This document shows, in pieces, positions 20,301 through 35,123 of a stretch of DNA of 64,000 nucleotides. Source of the stretch: Bugula neritina (taxonomy: Eukaryota; Animalia; Bryozoa); assembly GCA_964035545.1 (NCBI GenBank), contig OZ037773.1:9391751-9455750 (forward strand). The letters run 5' to 3'. A program made the position numbers and the translations under genes. The notes beneath the pieces are model-generated. The model did no database searches. It saw nothing but the letters and a program-made list of their open reading frames with translations, and was not told the origin of the DNA. Each line of letters begins with the position of its first letter. Position 1 is the stretch's first letter.

Positions 20301-22487
20301 GATCAAGTAGAACTTGATAAGAGACAAGGTTCAGATGTTGATGTGGCAAACGTTTTGAATGTCTTCACTCAGCTTAATTTCATCTGCGAAGTTCACACTA
20401 ACCTCACCAGTAAGGTGAGCTGAGTCCACACTTACCTCTCTTGTAAGGTATGTTAAGGTTTATAAATAATGAATTATAGAAAACCTTCTTATACTCTACA
20501 GATCGAGTGTAAGCCAAGCATCCTACATTCTATAAATTATATCAAACTCAAAAAATAAACAATTCTCAAGTTTTACAGCCCCTTGTAATCAGTTGTCAAA
20601 CTGAGAGGTAAGCAAGAGTTTGGGTGTAGTAGCTTGTGGGTTATTGAATGAAATCAGGCAGAGAACATAACTCCTTGTTATAGAAGAGACAAGAGAGGGT
20701 GTTGAAATCCTTTAATATAGTCTTGATCCTTCTAGTCCGAGCTCCAGTCCTCAAGTGATTGAAGCTCGAAAATGGGCTTTCTTTTATACTAGCCAGCCAA
20801 AGGACTTCTAGAACCTTTGACCGACAGTGGCTATAATTAGTTCAAGATCATCCTTTTCATTCTACAAAGCGAGAATATGAAATGTATAGAAATATTTTGA
20901 ATTTCTAGGGAATGCTGCATGTGTTGAACCGCGAAATACAAAACACAGAACATAAGAGTTTTGGAGTTAGTGCCTTTATCATAATGACTCATGGGACTGA
21001 AAACTTTATCTACGGCACAGATAGTCGCCCTGTCAAACTGTCGGACATGTTGGATCTTATGTCTCCATACGTATTCAAAGCCATGGCTGGTAAACCTAAA
21101 ATAGTTGTCATCCAGGCCTGTTCTGGTGGTGAGTTTTATCATTTAACTATAATCCATTACTTTTTTCTGATATTGAGATGGAGTTGGCTGTTACATTTAA
21201 TATCTATGTTTACTCACATCTATACACATACATCCGTATACTTACGTGTTTATTTGCATTTTCCTAACAATATCATCTTTTAGACAGACATTTATTTGCA
21301 TCGAAACTTGTATATACTTGTATATACATACATCTATGCTTACATAATATATACTTACATATATACATATATCTACGTAAAAAACCTGCACTTTGTCTTG
21401 TAGACATATCAGACAGTCTAGGCTTTTATACAGACGACTCTCCAAGCACTGATGGAACAAGTCCCAAATGGAAACTTGATCCATTTCCTGGAGATCACTT
21501 GTCTACTGATGATTTGTTCTTGTTGAGAGCCAGTTTTTTTAGTGAGTACAATCACATCTGATGAAGTTAACTAGTGCTGAATGCTCAACGTTAGATAATT
21601 AATTTAATAAAATATAATTATTGTATATATGTATATATATAACTTTTTTGTTAACACTTCTCACCTGATATGTTCTGCATGTTTTGTGTGTTTCAGGTTT
21701 CCGATCAGCGAGACATACTCGTCAGGGTAGTTGGATGATCAGAGCTCTGGTGTGTTCACTGTACAATCACAGCTGTGATGAAGATATTGAGACTATCTTC
21801 AGAAAGGTGAAGCAATTTGTATACAGGAAGGTTTGGTGACATAACTTCCCTATATAATTATACTTATAAGTATACTCGAAAGAAGACATACCAACTGCTG
21901 CCATATATTTAATTTTTTTATTTAGCATAATTTTGCTTGTTATAGAGCATTCAGTAGAAATTTGATTCAAAAAACTTCCAAATAACTGTAAACATTTCTT
22001 TCAAATAAAAATTATGGTCCTTTTACAATATTATCACTTTGCCGTCATGCTGTACCTCTTAATTTTTACTGTTCCCACTGCAAGCAGTCAACACTTAGCT
22101 GCATATGCTAGCCAGCTGCTGGTAAACAAATTTGTAACTCAACAGTAACAGCAAGCACTTGAAATCTGTAACTTCAATGTGGAGAACTGTTTCAGTCAAA
22201 AGCGTGCCTTTTAATAAATAGTTATAGCTGACCGAACTATATAATAATTTATTAATAAATAGCTCTTTGTCAAGCAGTAAAACTTAAAATAATTTTTACA
22301 GGTGACAAATATTGTGAGAGCAAAGAGTATTGAAGCATCTAAAAGAGATTTCGGTATAAGAGAACAACAACCAACTTATGAATGCTTTCCAACTAAGGGA
22401 AGAAAACTTTTTCTACTTCCTAAGTTTGATCCAGCAATGCAGGTTGCACGAGTGAAATATTTCAAAATAATAAAAACTCTGTTTTAA
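17397..22487 (+). CDS. Ankyrin-repeat / caspase (peptidase C14A) fusion, copy 3 (~634 aa)
   Basis: Exons 17397-18210 (ANK), 18546-18632 (linker), 19746-19900, 20220-20414, 20909-21128, 21404-21541, 21697-21806, 22302-22487, phase-compatible and open throughout. Caspase motifs: YQMTSPTRGRCLIINN, RQGSDVD, IMTHG, GKPKIVVIQACSG, SARHTRQGSW, QQP. Confidence 0.88.
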
Positions 22488-23336
22488 TTTTCTTGTTATA
22501 GTTTGAATATAGTTTGAATAACATAAAGAAATTTTTGAGAGATGAACCATGCCATTGAATACTTGAAATGTTAAGTAAATTGTGCCAGAAACCAGAATTT
22601 TGCTCTCTTGAAGAAAACTCAGGTGTGTTTTATAATTTTTTCTAGAAATTACTTTTAATTGAATAGCACTACTATATAAAGGATACATATGGAAAAAATT
22701 TGGATTTTGTTTGAATATTTATTGTTTTTTATTACGCCTCTACTTTTACTCTGGGCAATATTTTACTCATAATTTGTAACCTGTGAAATTGTGCATATAT
22801 TCAGTTTTGACAATCAATCTATTACTTTGCATACTGGTGAGAACAGTATAAACAGCTGTATAATATATTAGCTCCGCTTTGCATATGTAAATCCTTTACA
22901 GAAACTTTATCAACAATGCACTAACATGGCTAACCCTTTTTCTCTTTCTATGCACATGTATGCCTTCCAAACTTTTTAAATTACATTGCTAACTATTATC
23001 AATGAGAATTTTGTTAAATGAATACATCATGCAGACCACTTTTTATTTACCTAATTTTTGATTTTGAGATTTCTATCAACCATATAAAGTGAACTGCAAT
23101 GTTACATAAAATATCCCAAATATAATATTTAACTAAGCCAAGTCTTGTTATCGGAATCTTTAAATGAGATAGTTGAATGCTAGTTTTGGTAATGGTGGAG
23201 TGTAAAATACAGTTATGGTCAGCTTTTAGGTCATATAATCTTTAAACATAATTCAACATTTAACATTTGATTCACTTATAAGAACTTATTCAGCACTATT
23301 TATAGCATGTGCAATTTATTATCATAATTCAAACAT

Positions 23337-23342
23337 GTATTA

Positions 23343-23398
<56 letters not shown>

Positions 23399-23445
23399 GA
23401 AATAAAATGAGATTTGATTAATATAATGGCATTTATTACTAGTAG

Positions 23446-23503
<58 letters not shown>

Positions 23504-23550
23504 GAAATAAAATGAGATTTGATTAATATAATGGCATTTATTACTAGTAG
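23337..23550. repeat. Two tandem ~107-bp units, each (TA)n plus a ~55-bp unique tail
   Basis: TTAGAAGAAATAAAATGAGATTTGATTAATATAATGGCATTTATTACTAGTAG occurs twice, each time after a TA run. Confidence 0.85.
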
Positions 23551-23641
23551 TTTCGTACACAAGAACGATGGGCACTCGTCAGATAAATTAGCCACTATGA
23601 TTGCTTACAACTATAAATAATGTAATATGTAAATATACACA

Positions 23642-24256
<615 letters not shown>

Positions 24257-24344
24257 ATTATAACATAATATTAAATAAAATTTGGCCATGTCTTTTGTCA
24301 TGGAATGAGCACAGCTGATTTCTGCTTTAATTTTTTTGTTTTAG

Positions 24345-24783
24345 GAACTTCAATGTACAGAGCTCCAGAGCTACTACACAGATATGCTCCAACCAAGGCA
24401 GCTGACATGTGGTCTATGGGTGTGACAGCACTCGAAGTCTTTACAGGTGAATAAACCAAAGCAACTGATAATTACACATTTACATGCAGCATCCTGTCAA
24501 CGTGGCATGTGTGAAATATAGTTATTCTGCAGATTCTGTACATACATAAGTTGCATTTATACTATTTTATTCTACAGGAGAACTTCCTTATGCTTTTAAA
24601 AATTTTGTTCGAGATAAAAGAGCGAGAGTACCCAAAGATCTTCTTGACAAAAAGCTTCCTCAGTCTCTCCAGATGTTGTCAAATAGAAATCAGAGAATCA
24701 TGCAGTTAGTTTTGACCTTTGAACCTGACCAGAGATTGCCTGCAGCTGATTGGCTTGAAAGGCTGGAAAGTTATCAAACTTAA
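24345..24783 (+). pseudogene. Orphan last two exons of a further ankyrin-kinase paralogue
   Basis: 24345-24446 (GTSMYRAPELL...EVFT) and 24578-24783 (ELPYAFKNF...LESYQT*) match exons 7-8 of copies 1 and 2. I saw no upstream kinase exons between 22487 and 24345. Confidence 0.85.
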
Positions 24784-26028
24784 TTATATTCTCATTTCAA
24801 TCACATTGATTATAAATATATCAATATATGTTTTACTACAGCTAGGATGATAGCAATCTATTTCTAATAAATTTTGTAGTAGCAGCTTGAGTATAATGAA
24901 AAATAGTAAAAGTATATTACTTAAATAATCTTTTTGTCTATGTTGATTAGCAAAATCAATATTATAGATTGTTAAAATTGAGTGACCATTTGATAAGTGT
25001 TAATTGACTCCACTCTGGTTTAGTTTGTGATTTTGCTTTTAAGGTGAAATATTTGATATTTTAATTTCCAGGTAATTCAAGTTTTTCAATATTATGATAT
25101 TATTAAATTGCTTGAAATTTCAAATCAATACAAACAATAAATCTGTTCAAATGCAAATACCAGTCAGTATCTTAATTGTTCAATAATTAATTGAATTGCA
25201 GTAAAAGTCTTCAGCCAATACACCTGATCTACAAAATATTCTGCTGTCAAGTTGAGAGTACAAGAGGCGAATCAAGCTCCACTAACATTTACCTAATACT
25301 TTTTGTAAGCAGATGATGTAACAATTTAGTAGCTTAAAACTAAGCAATGAGAAGTTGAAAAACGTCAATTAAACAGCACAAATCTGTCAAATTACGGTTT
25401 GCATCTAACAAGGTAAAGTGACGTCTGTATTTCCTACAATAAAATTACCTGCATGTGTTTCTTATGGGTTTAAAATAAAACTGAATTTGATTTATTGTTG
25501 CGGCTCCTGAACAGCAGTGAAAAAGCAAATTAACAAAACGACTCTGCAAAAAAGATTTTCTGAAGATTTGCAATAGAAACAAAACAAGGCCTGAAGTTAC
25601 TCTTATAAAGGTTTTGAAAAAATGTCCATTAATTTTCATCATAATTGAAGCTACATATACAAATTGCTAATTGCTAATACCGCTAATAAAAAGGGTAACA
25701 TGTATTATAGTTGATCCGCTGCATAAATACTAATTTGTAATATTCAATTATATAATGCTATAATATATTAGTTCATTGTAATGGAATAGTTTGAATAACA
25801 GTAATGAAACTTGTGAAAAGAATGAAAATTGTTATGCCAGATAAATATTGCATTGTAGAATTTGTTTGCTAGTGTTTTAGCGTTTCATAAAGTGAAATAG
25901 ATTCAGCTAAAAATATTCAAGATATTTTTGAAGAATTTGTATAATTTATCAAAAGATAATGCTGAGAAATAATTTCCAATTTCATTATAGTATGATTTTA
26001 TCACACCTCAAAACTTGCATGTGTAAAC

Positions 26029-29000
26029 ATGGCGTAGGATAAAGCAGGCTTTTACATCTCTTCTTTTGGCATGGAGCCAGTCATAGTAGTGTAAGCTAAG
26101 CTATATCTATAACTAGCAGTCATAGTACTAGTGCATAGTGTAAGCTAAGTTATATCTACTAGCAGTCATAGTACTATAAGTATAAGCTAAGTTATATCTA
26201 CTAGCAGTCATAGTAGTGTAAGCTAAGCTATATTTACTAGCAGTCATAGTACTAGTGCATAGTGTAAGCTAAGTTAAATATACTATAGCAGTTATAGTAC
26301 TAGTGTAAGCTAAGCTATTTTCTGTAAAATGTCATAGTAGTGTAAGCTGAATTATTCACCAACAGTTTATAAGAAGCATGGAGTTAAGAAAATGGCTTCC
26401 ACTATAAACAACTACTAAGCATTTATTACATGTTTTTTAAAGCAATTTTAGTTAATTTTACAAAATCGCTCACATATAAAACAATCTACATTTTCTTGCT
26501 ATTTTATTTATTGCGCATATATAGCTAGATTGTTAAAGTCTATAAACTTGTGTGACGAATATTGTAAACATTGTTGTTACAAACAATACTTGTTATTCTT
26601 GCCATAAAGCAGACTGATTATTTATAGTGGAGCAAAAACCTTCATAGAAGAGAGAGGGGAGAGTAAGTGTTGCTGCTGCAAAGGCTGCTGTGAGATTTAC
26701 TTTGGAGTCAAATTAGGAATTGGACTGACATCGGTTTGTATAAAATAACTCTATAATAAGTTATATATTATATATTATATTATATATGATATATTGTATA
26801 ATATATTATATTATATATGATATATTATATTATATGTTATATATTATATTATATAGTATATTATATATTGTATATTATATTATATTATATATGATATATT
26901 ATATATTATATAATATGACACGTTATATAATATATTATATACAATATGTTATAGATTATATATAATATATTGTATATTATATACTATACTATATAATATA
27001 TCATATATATTATATATTATATATTATATAATATGACACGTTATATAATATATTATATATAATATGTTATATATTATATATAATATATTGTATATTATAT
27101 ATTATACTATATAATATATCATATATATTATATATTATATAACATATCATATTATATAATATATTGCATAATATATAACATAATATAATATATAACATAA
27201 TATATAATATATTATATAATATGATATGTTATAAAATATATAATATATTATATATTATATCAAATGGTTAACACAATTGGTAATTGAAATTGTAGAATTT
27301 GATTCAAATTGGATACATGTAAACTTTTTTCTATTGCTATCCGACAGTGAGCTAGTATGTTATAGCTATCTGCATGCAACTGCATGTATGTAGATATATT
27401 ACATGAAAAGCTTTCAATTGAATAATTTTAGCAGGGAGTTTATAAAATTCACTAATATATTTTACATAAAATTGAAGAGTAATAGTGATAATGCTAATTT
27501 TGCAGATATGGGCTCTGTTGGTACTGGCTATGTCTATAGGTGGTGTCGGTGAGTGCAACCAAACTCACTCTGCTCAAAATTGTGAAAAAAACTTACAGAC
27601 TATCAGAATAATATTGTTGCACTTGAATGTTAAAATTCAAACTCTACAAACAATGTTTTTTATAAAAAAACTTTTTCAATGTATAGGTCCAAAAACTTTT
27701 TGCAGCCAATTTTCAGTTTTAATCAAAAGGCTTTAGTATGCTGCTTAAATTACTGTTTGAAATAAACTTTGTGTTGTAAGCCGTAAATTTGTTTGATTGC
27801 AGAGTATTTCCTATTTCATCCAGTGTTCAACATAATATTCCTCGTCCTTCTTATGGTTGCTTGTCTTCTCTCCTTTGCCTCTACAATTCTTGTGAGTACA
27901 TGTCATGTGACTTAAAGTAAGTTAATACCTATAACTTGTAAGGTCCTTTAGGCAAGCTTACGCTGACCTATAAACCACTTGGCCTGACCTATAAACACCA
28001 CTCTTAGTGACACATAAACCATTCTGACTAACAAATAAACTATTTAGTTTGACCTATAATATAAGTTTTCTTAAATAAATAAAATGCACCTTCATTAGCC
28101 AGTAGCTATGCAATACTTCATGCAATACTGCACGCAGTACTGTGCTAAATGAAATATACTATATACATTCTTAAAATCAAGAAATGGACATTCAAAGCAA
28201 CAACAGAACTGCATTTAAATATATGATATAACATTATATTCATTCAAATTAATATTAGGCTGAAACTTTGAAACTACTTTATATTGAATATTAAATGGAT
28301 TATGAAAACCTGATTTGTTTTTTATATCTGCAAATAAATTCAATACGATAATAAATTGCTTCTATTTGTAGTCCAAGTTTTGGTATTTGAACCTTCCTTA
28401 CCTGGTTTTGCTGACGGCATACGTAGTGCTTCTAGGTGTGTCTGGAATCAGATCATTCTTTAGAGGTGAGATTCTTAACTAAGTCATTAGTATGATTATT
28501 CTCATATATATCTATTACTTTGTTATTATCGCTTAGAAGAGGTTTTAGTTTCAAAGGACTATGTAATTAAAGCATCAATTCTCTCAAATAACAGAAAATA
28601 GGCGCTTTTCTATTGTATTAAAGACCCAAAACATGCAATATTTTACTTACTTTATTTAAGAGAACCCGTTGTACTTGTTTTTATATTAGTATAGTCTAGG
28701 TTCTTGAAGTTTTAGCTTAATATCTTGTATTTCAGCTATTGGAGTGATAAAGAAAAACCCCAACCAGACTGCCTATGCCCTGAACTTAGAATGGATGGTC
28801 AACCTCACTATGATGGTCATCCAGGTTGGCTTCTAATTGTTATACATTGTGTTGGGGTGGTGGTTAAGAGACTTAAATGACACATATGTATGATAGGTTA
28901 AACAGTACAAAGCATGTACTATATATAATACAGCTCTTAGCAAATAATATATATTAGAAGTAACTATGGCTACTATTTTATATAATGAAATATATTATAT

Positions 29001-29354
29001 GATTATTATAGAATTTTTATATATAATAGCATTTTTATAATGTCAAATCATTATGACACTTGTATATCATCATTCTAGCAAACTAATGTTTGGGGCGTCA
29101 TAAATTAATGCATATTTACTTGACTTGTATTACAGACATGGAACTTGTTGTATACGTGCTACATTATATACTACTTGAGAAAAGATAAGATTATAAAGAA
29201 AAAGCGTCAAGTAGAACAAGCAAACGCTCAACATAACGCAGTAGCCAATGACAGACTTTCTGTGTCACCGGCTCCCCGCCCCTTTTCAACCACACCCCCT
29301 CCACCACCAGATCCGGAGTTTCCTCCTCCCCCACCTCCACTTCAGAATGTGTAG
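26029..29354 (+). CDS. Cys-rich four-transmembrane protein, paralogue A (short Pro-rich tail)
   Basis: Exons 26029-26033 (tentative start), 26628-26733 (SKCCCCKGCCEIYFGVKLG), 27506-27548, 27803-27891, 28372-28465, 28736-28824, 29136-29354. Phases are compatible and there are four hydrophobic segments. Confidence 0.75.
26075..26350. repeat. Degenerate minisatellite (TAGCAGTCATAGTA...GTAAGCTAAG)
   Basis: About 7 imperfect tandem units. Confidence 0.8.
26755..27260. repeat. AT-rich low-complexity tract
   Basis: TATAT/ATATT runs with an internal ~115-bp duplication. Confidence 0.85.
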
Positions 29355-29585
29355 CTCCACTACAACATGTGTGGCTACACTACCACATGTGTGGCTACAT
29401 TACCACATGTGTATACACTAGCTGCCACATGTGTAGCTGCACTCACACATGTGTAGCTACACTATACTACATGCGTGGCTACATTACATCATAGTTATAT
29501 AGTTACGCTGCAACATGTGTAGCTACACTACCACATGTTTAGCTACATTACCACATGTGTAGCTACATTACCACATGTTTAGCTA
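29350..29585. repeat. ~20-bp minisatellite (CTACATTACCACATGTGTAG) starting at the stop codon of paralogue A
   Basis: About 10 imperfect units. Confidence 0.8.
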
Positions 29586-30461
29586 ACCTGCACAAACAGC
29601 ATGCATCCTTTACTGCTTAACTTTACTATATGGGCTAACAAACTTGTAGGCCTATGTCTCCACCCGTCATCAATAAAGTTTATAATTTTGTTTCCTAACA
29701 GAGTTACAGAATAGATTACTATTTAACTGAGACATCTTATTTGTTGTTTAAAATCTGTTATAAATAATATAATAAGTTAGAAGTCAGCAACGCATTTGAA
29801 AAAACTTAGTTGTGATATAACTCTATTTGTTGGCTGAAATGTTTACAGATATTATATTCTGTCTTTGAACATACAGATAATATTTTCCAATGAAGTGATA
29901 AAATAATCTATTTGGCTAAATTTGAATGAGAACTGTTGGCAGTCAATAATTAAAAAAACAAGATTTTTAATAAAAGACAATTTAATTTATGACAACATTA
30001 TTATTTTATATATTTCACTAAATTCCAGGTGTATATTAAACTACTATTATTTCAATAATTGCATAAGCATATCTAAGCTATATAATTATGCTCAACTATC
30101 CCAAATATAAAGTAAGTTGATTTCTATTCTTTCACAATTACTGTAGTCAGATAAAGTATATTGAAAATAGTACGTACAATTCCAAAAGGTTTTATTTAAC
30201 AGCTCAGCATTCACATTATTCAAACTATAGTAGTAAGAGTAAGCAAGCTTAACCAATACAATAGCTAAAACCATGCTTGGAACTAAAATTGGTATCTTTT
30301 TAGATCAAAAGACCACTTATATATCAAAACTAGTTAAGTCTTTTAATAATGGTAAGATTTTGTTTAAAATTTTTATTTTCAAAGAAAGATTATAAAACAC
30401 CACATCAGCATTTGATAAAAAATCATAACAGTTTCTGGTTAAGATTCACTAACAATGTCAT

Positions 30462-33400
30462 CTATGATGCATTTCGTTTCCGGAATGGAGCTCGAGATAC
30501 TCTTTTCCTTTTACTTTTTGCTGCAGGTGAGTTGATTGCTGGATCTAAAGACTCTGAAGGTGGACCTGCTGTAAATTCTGGTATTGTGGGAGGTGGTGGG
30601 GCCGATCTGGAAGGAGCCCGAGATCTGGATTTATGAGTTGGTGTGTTCGCTAATGGTGTAGAAGATGTAAGTTGTTGTGAAAGTGGGGCAGCAGATTGAG
30701 GTAAAGATAGAGACCTGTCTTTTTGCTGGGACTGCAAATTTTCCAGTTCCTGTGCTTGGCGTTCAGGAGTTTGCTTTGATAACGTCAACATTTGCTGTAA
30801 GGATGATGAAATAGCTGGCAGTGGTGATGATTTATATTTGTCTATGACGTGTGGGTGAGAGGGTGTGTTGTTTAGGAGAAGAGGTTTAGAATTTATTGGA
30901 CCTGGCTTTTCGATGAGAAAGGAGTCATAATTGGTCATATTTGGCGAATCATCAGCCACAGCCGCTGGTGGTGGTTTAGAGAAAAGTTTATCCATGGCAT
31001 CAGGTTGAGATGGCGTCTCATTCAATAGTTTTGCGGCAAGAAAAGAGCCATAACTGTTAAGTTTTTCATCTTGGAAATTACCAGCTGCAATTGTTGGCCG
31101 TGAGGGTCTAGAAGAAGATTTGTTTATGGCCTGTGATTGAAATGGCTGGTCGTTTAAAAAAGGGGATTTGGAGGGTATTCTACCATGTTTTTCAAAAAGA
31201 AAAGAGTCATAACTGTCTAGAGTGTCATTTGGTGTGTCATCAGCCACAGTAGCTAATTGTGGTGGCTTAGAAGGAGATTTATCCATGACAGGTGGTTGAG
31301 ATGGTGTGTTGTTTGCAGTAGGAGGGTTGGGAGATATTGGGCGTGGCTTTAATGTGAAGAAAGAGTAATAGCTGCCTTGAGGTTCATTTGGTAAATTGTC
31401 AGCGGCAATGACTGGTGGTGGCGGTGGCTGTTTAGGAGATTCAACAATGGCCTGTAGCTTAGCCAAGATGTCGTTTGCAGGAGGAGGGTTGGGAGGTGTT
31501 GGTCCTGGTTTCATAGTAAAGAAAGAGTAGTAACTGCCTTGAGGTTCATCCAGCTCAGGTACAGCTGCAGTGGTTGGCGGGTGAAGCAAAATACCTGGTG
31601 ATGACTTTTCGGCAGGTTTCTGCATAGGTGCAATTGATGAGAGTTTATCAAAAACTTCCTCAGGGGGCTGCATAAAGTCGAATCTCCTTTCCAGATTAGC
31701 TGAAGTAGAGCAGCCAGGGACCCCCTGAGCAGTGTTCAAGGTCGTATAATAAGTTTTAAAGGATCCAACTGGCTTGGGCTCCAACCCAGCTGCTTTGGGG
31801 AAGGTTGGATCTATTGCACTCGGTTTGGGGAGAGTGGGATCCAACGCTTCTGGTTTGGATACTATAGGTTCTGATGGAGCTGGCTTGGGCGGCTTGGGTT
31901 CTGATGCCACAACATTTGTGGCTTCTTCTTTATGTGCTGTTATAAATTGTGGAAGCTCTTCTTTCTTAAGCTCTTCTACTCTATTAGTCCTGTAACTTCT
32001 CCACATGTAAAACAGTGCCACTCCAAAGTACACCCAATTCCATATCTGCATCAAAAAACAGGAAGAATAAGGTAGGTAGCTTCAAATAACTTTCAAATTT
32101 TAGCAACTCTTGTTAAAACACTTTACAAAAATGTGGATAAGAAGATGGGGAAATCGAAACAGTCTATAGTAAACAAGTATGCTATGAAACTGTATTGTAA
32201 ATTACCATGAATGGAAAAATGGTGAAGTTAAGAACCCAGTTTAGATGATTAGTTGCTTGCATCTCTTCCACGCCTGCTGTTTGGACGCCTGCAAATAAAT
32301 GCAACAATTAGGCAGAACAGAACTTTGAAGATATCTAAATCAAAGAATAATTTTAATTGCTAAACAAAGTAACTTGTTAATCTTTGAGCATCTAATTTTC
32401 CAATCCAAAAAAATGGATATAAAGCTGCATGCAGCAGTTTGTGTTTGTATAACAGCTCAAAACTGCTAGACAGTAACGTCCTTTGGCCACAACAGAATTC
32501 AATGTTCTACATATACTACTTTATTAGCAGTTGGTTTTGCTGCATAGAATTCTATTCAAAAGCTTACCTTTACGTAGTGTCTGAATTCCAGATACAACTA
32601 AGAGGATAATATATGCAAGAGTGAGGAAGAGGTATGGAATGGCTAGCTTCCAGTACTTCACCTACAGGTAGTGTAAAATGTTGGAGAACACCAATGAGAC
32701 TGCAAACAGTTATTATAACTGAGCGGGGGGGGGGGGGGGGGGGGGGGGGGGAGGGGGCATGTGACACATCTACTCTATGACTCATTTCTATATCAGGTGG
32801 ACTGTGCAAAGATACAAGACGTCAAATTTTATATGTTTAAATTTTGAACTCTGTTATTTAGCTATACCCATAGCTTGCAACTATAGATATCAATTCGAAA
32901 GCTCCTGATACTCTTTAATAATGTGATTAGCATAGTATGGTATAGGCTATATCATTTTAGGTGTTATGATGCGGTATAGCATTATGTTATGAGGGCTATG
33001 GCCAACAATGAAAAAAAATGTTAAAATGCATGCATTGATATTTATAGTAATATTCTTATACTTGTGTTGTTGAGACAATGTGTTTAGTAAAGAGTTATGT
33101 TCTCCCCTATCGTACAATTTTAATGGTCTGAACTATGTTATTTTGGGCTTACAGATTGTTTGAGATTATAGAAAATATGACCAAATGTTTTTACTTTGTA
33201 TTTATTGATTCTACTTAGTTACATAAAGTTATATTAGAGAATGGCTAATCTTAATTTGAAATTTAAAATCTTAATTTCAAATAAGATAAATAATAATAAA
33301 AGCGTTTCCTTGATTTTTCTAAATTTGCTCAAGTTTAAGGCAGCAATTATATATTTTATGAAACTGCTTTTAATTTAATATAAATTTAGAACTTGTTTTT

Positions 33401-35123
33401 TATGAATTTATTTGGCAGCTGAGGCTGTAGGCAACCGAAAATCACCCATGTTGACACATACTGACAGATGCTAACACATGTTAACACCTTTTGACAGATG
33501 CTGACATGTTGACTCATACTGACACATATTAACACCTTTTGACAGATGCTGACATGTTGACTCATACTGACACGTTAGCTGCTACTATTATAGTATTTTC
33601 TATTCTTCATATCTTACATAACATTTGACTGACAAATGAATACAGAATATAATTAATATTTTTACCCTCAACTGCGCCACGAGTCCTGAGACACAAGAAA
33701 TCGTCCAGAACACCAAAAATATGTTGTTGAATATCTTGTTGAACAGGAAATAATCTAAAAATAATATAATATATTAAGTGTATTCGAATATAGCAAAACA
33801 TTGTTTAACTTGCAAGCAGTTAAAAATAATACAAATACTTTAGTTGAATTAAAAGAGCTTAGCTATAATTTGACGTAGCATCAGATTAACCAAGTGAAGT
33901 GCCAAGTGGAATTGTTGAAGGGCACTTAGTGATTTTTACATTTAATAAAATAAACAACATTAATTAATACTTTTACAGCATCAACATAAATTAATTATTT
34001 ACTTTTAGTTTAAAATTTTTATACCTACCAATTCCTCCTGAAGCTAAGCTGAGAGCCAAAAGTCCCCATACCTGAAATAAATAATACAAGTGTAGTTTAC
34101 AGATATGTTTTACTTTATGATATTATACAAGAGCAATTATAGGGTAGCAAGCAATAAAGCTGGATGAGTAAACATTCTCTGATCATTATAAGCGCTCATA
34201 GAAGAATATCTTTAAATGGAACAGCACATTCTATTGTTAGCCAACGCCATATTATAATTGTAAATTTATTGTATAGTTATGTTCAAAATAATTAGCCAAA
34301 AAATCTATATTTATATATAGCAATAACATTACTAAAGAACAACAATTGAAGACATAATACAAAATAAAGAAAATGATTAAATAAATATTCCATAAGCCTT
34401 TAAACTTTCAATAGTAATATGCAAAACATGTACATTAAAGGTTAAAGTATATTTTTATGATGACTCATATGATGAAAGCTAAGAACTTACAAATGACAAA
34501 GTAGTTCCAATTCTGACTCCGATGTGTAGTAAACAGCATTTTGTCTGACTACAGCAAGTTCGATTCTCCAAAACATCTTTCAACAATTTCCTTGAGCTTT
34601 TTCTAGCAAGATTGACGGTGTCTGCCCTAAATGTAACAAAAGCAACACAACTTCATCAGAAAGAGGGGAAATGTAATTCTGGTTGAAGTAACTAAAGAGA
34701 GCATAGTGATTTTTTTGATAATCAAATTTGTGCTGATTAAAAGTATTGTCAAAGAAATAACTGCAAATATAAAATGTATTGTCTGTCGTAGACCAGCTCA
34801 AAAAGTCAGCATTGATATAAATCTTGAAAATGTTGTAAAATGTATAATCCTCTTAGCTAGATGCAACTCTTAGGGAAAGTAGACTTTGTTATTCCAGATA
34901 TAACATTCAGTAATAATTACTTTACAATTATTGTAAAAGATCTTTAAGTAATGCATTTTTTCCATGAAAGATTAAACAACCCAATAAAGTAAATAAATTG
35001 ATTTGAACATTAGTGACTATATCTTAGTTATGAAAGAATGCAAATGCTGTGAGATGTGCATTAAAGAATAGCCATTATAAAATGTAAATTCACACACAAT
35101 ATTCATTTATATAATACTTACAT
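30462..35123 (-). CDS. Cys-rich four-transmembrane protein, paralogue B, with ~500-aa Pro/Ser-rich repetitive tail
   Basis: Approximate exons: split AT|G at 35123 (tentative), 34491-34627 (RTCCSQTKCCLLHIGVRIG), 34028-34071, 33667-33755, 32568-32661, 32206-32288, 30462-32046. Each exon aligns with paralogue A. Confidence 0.78.

Noticed and set aside
32724-32757. Poly-G run as a regulatory G-quadruplex or poly-Pro exon
   Set aside because: Intronic homopolymer of uncertain length with no supporting context.
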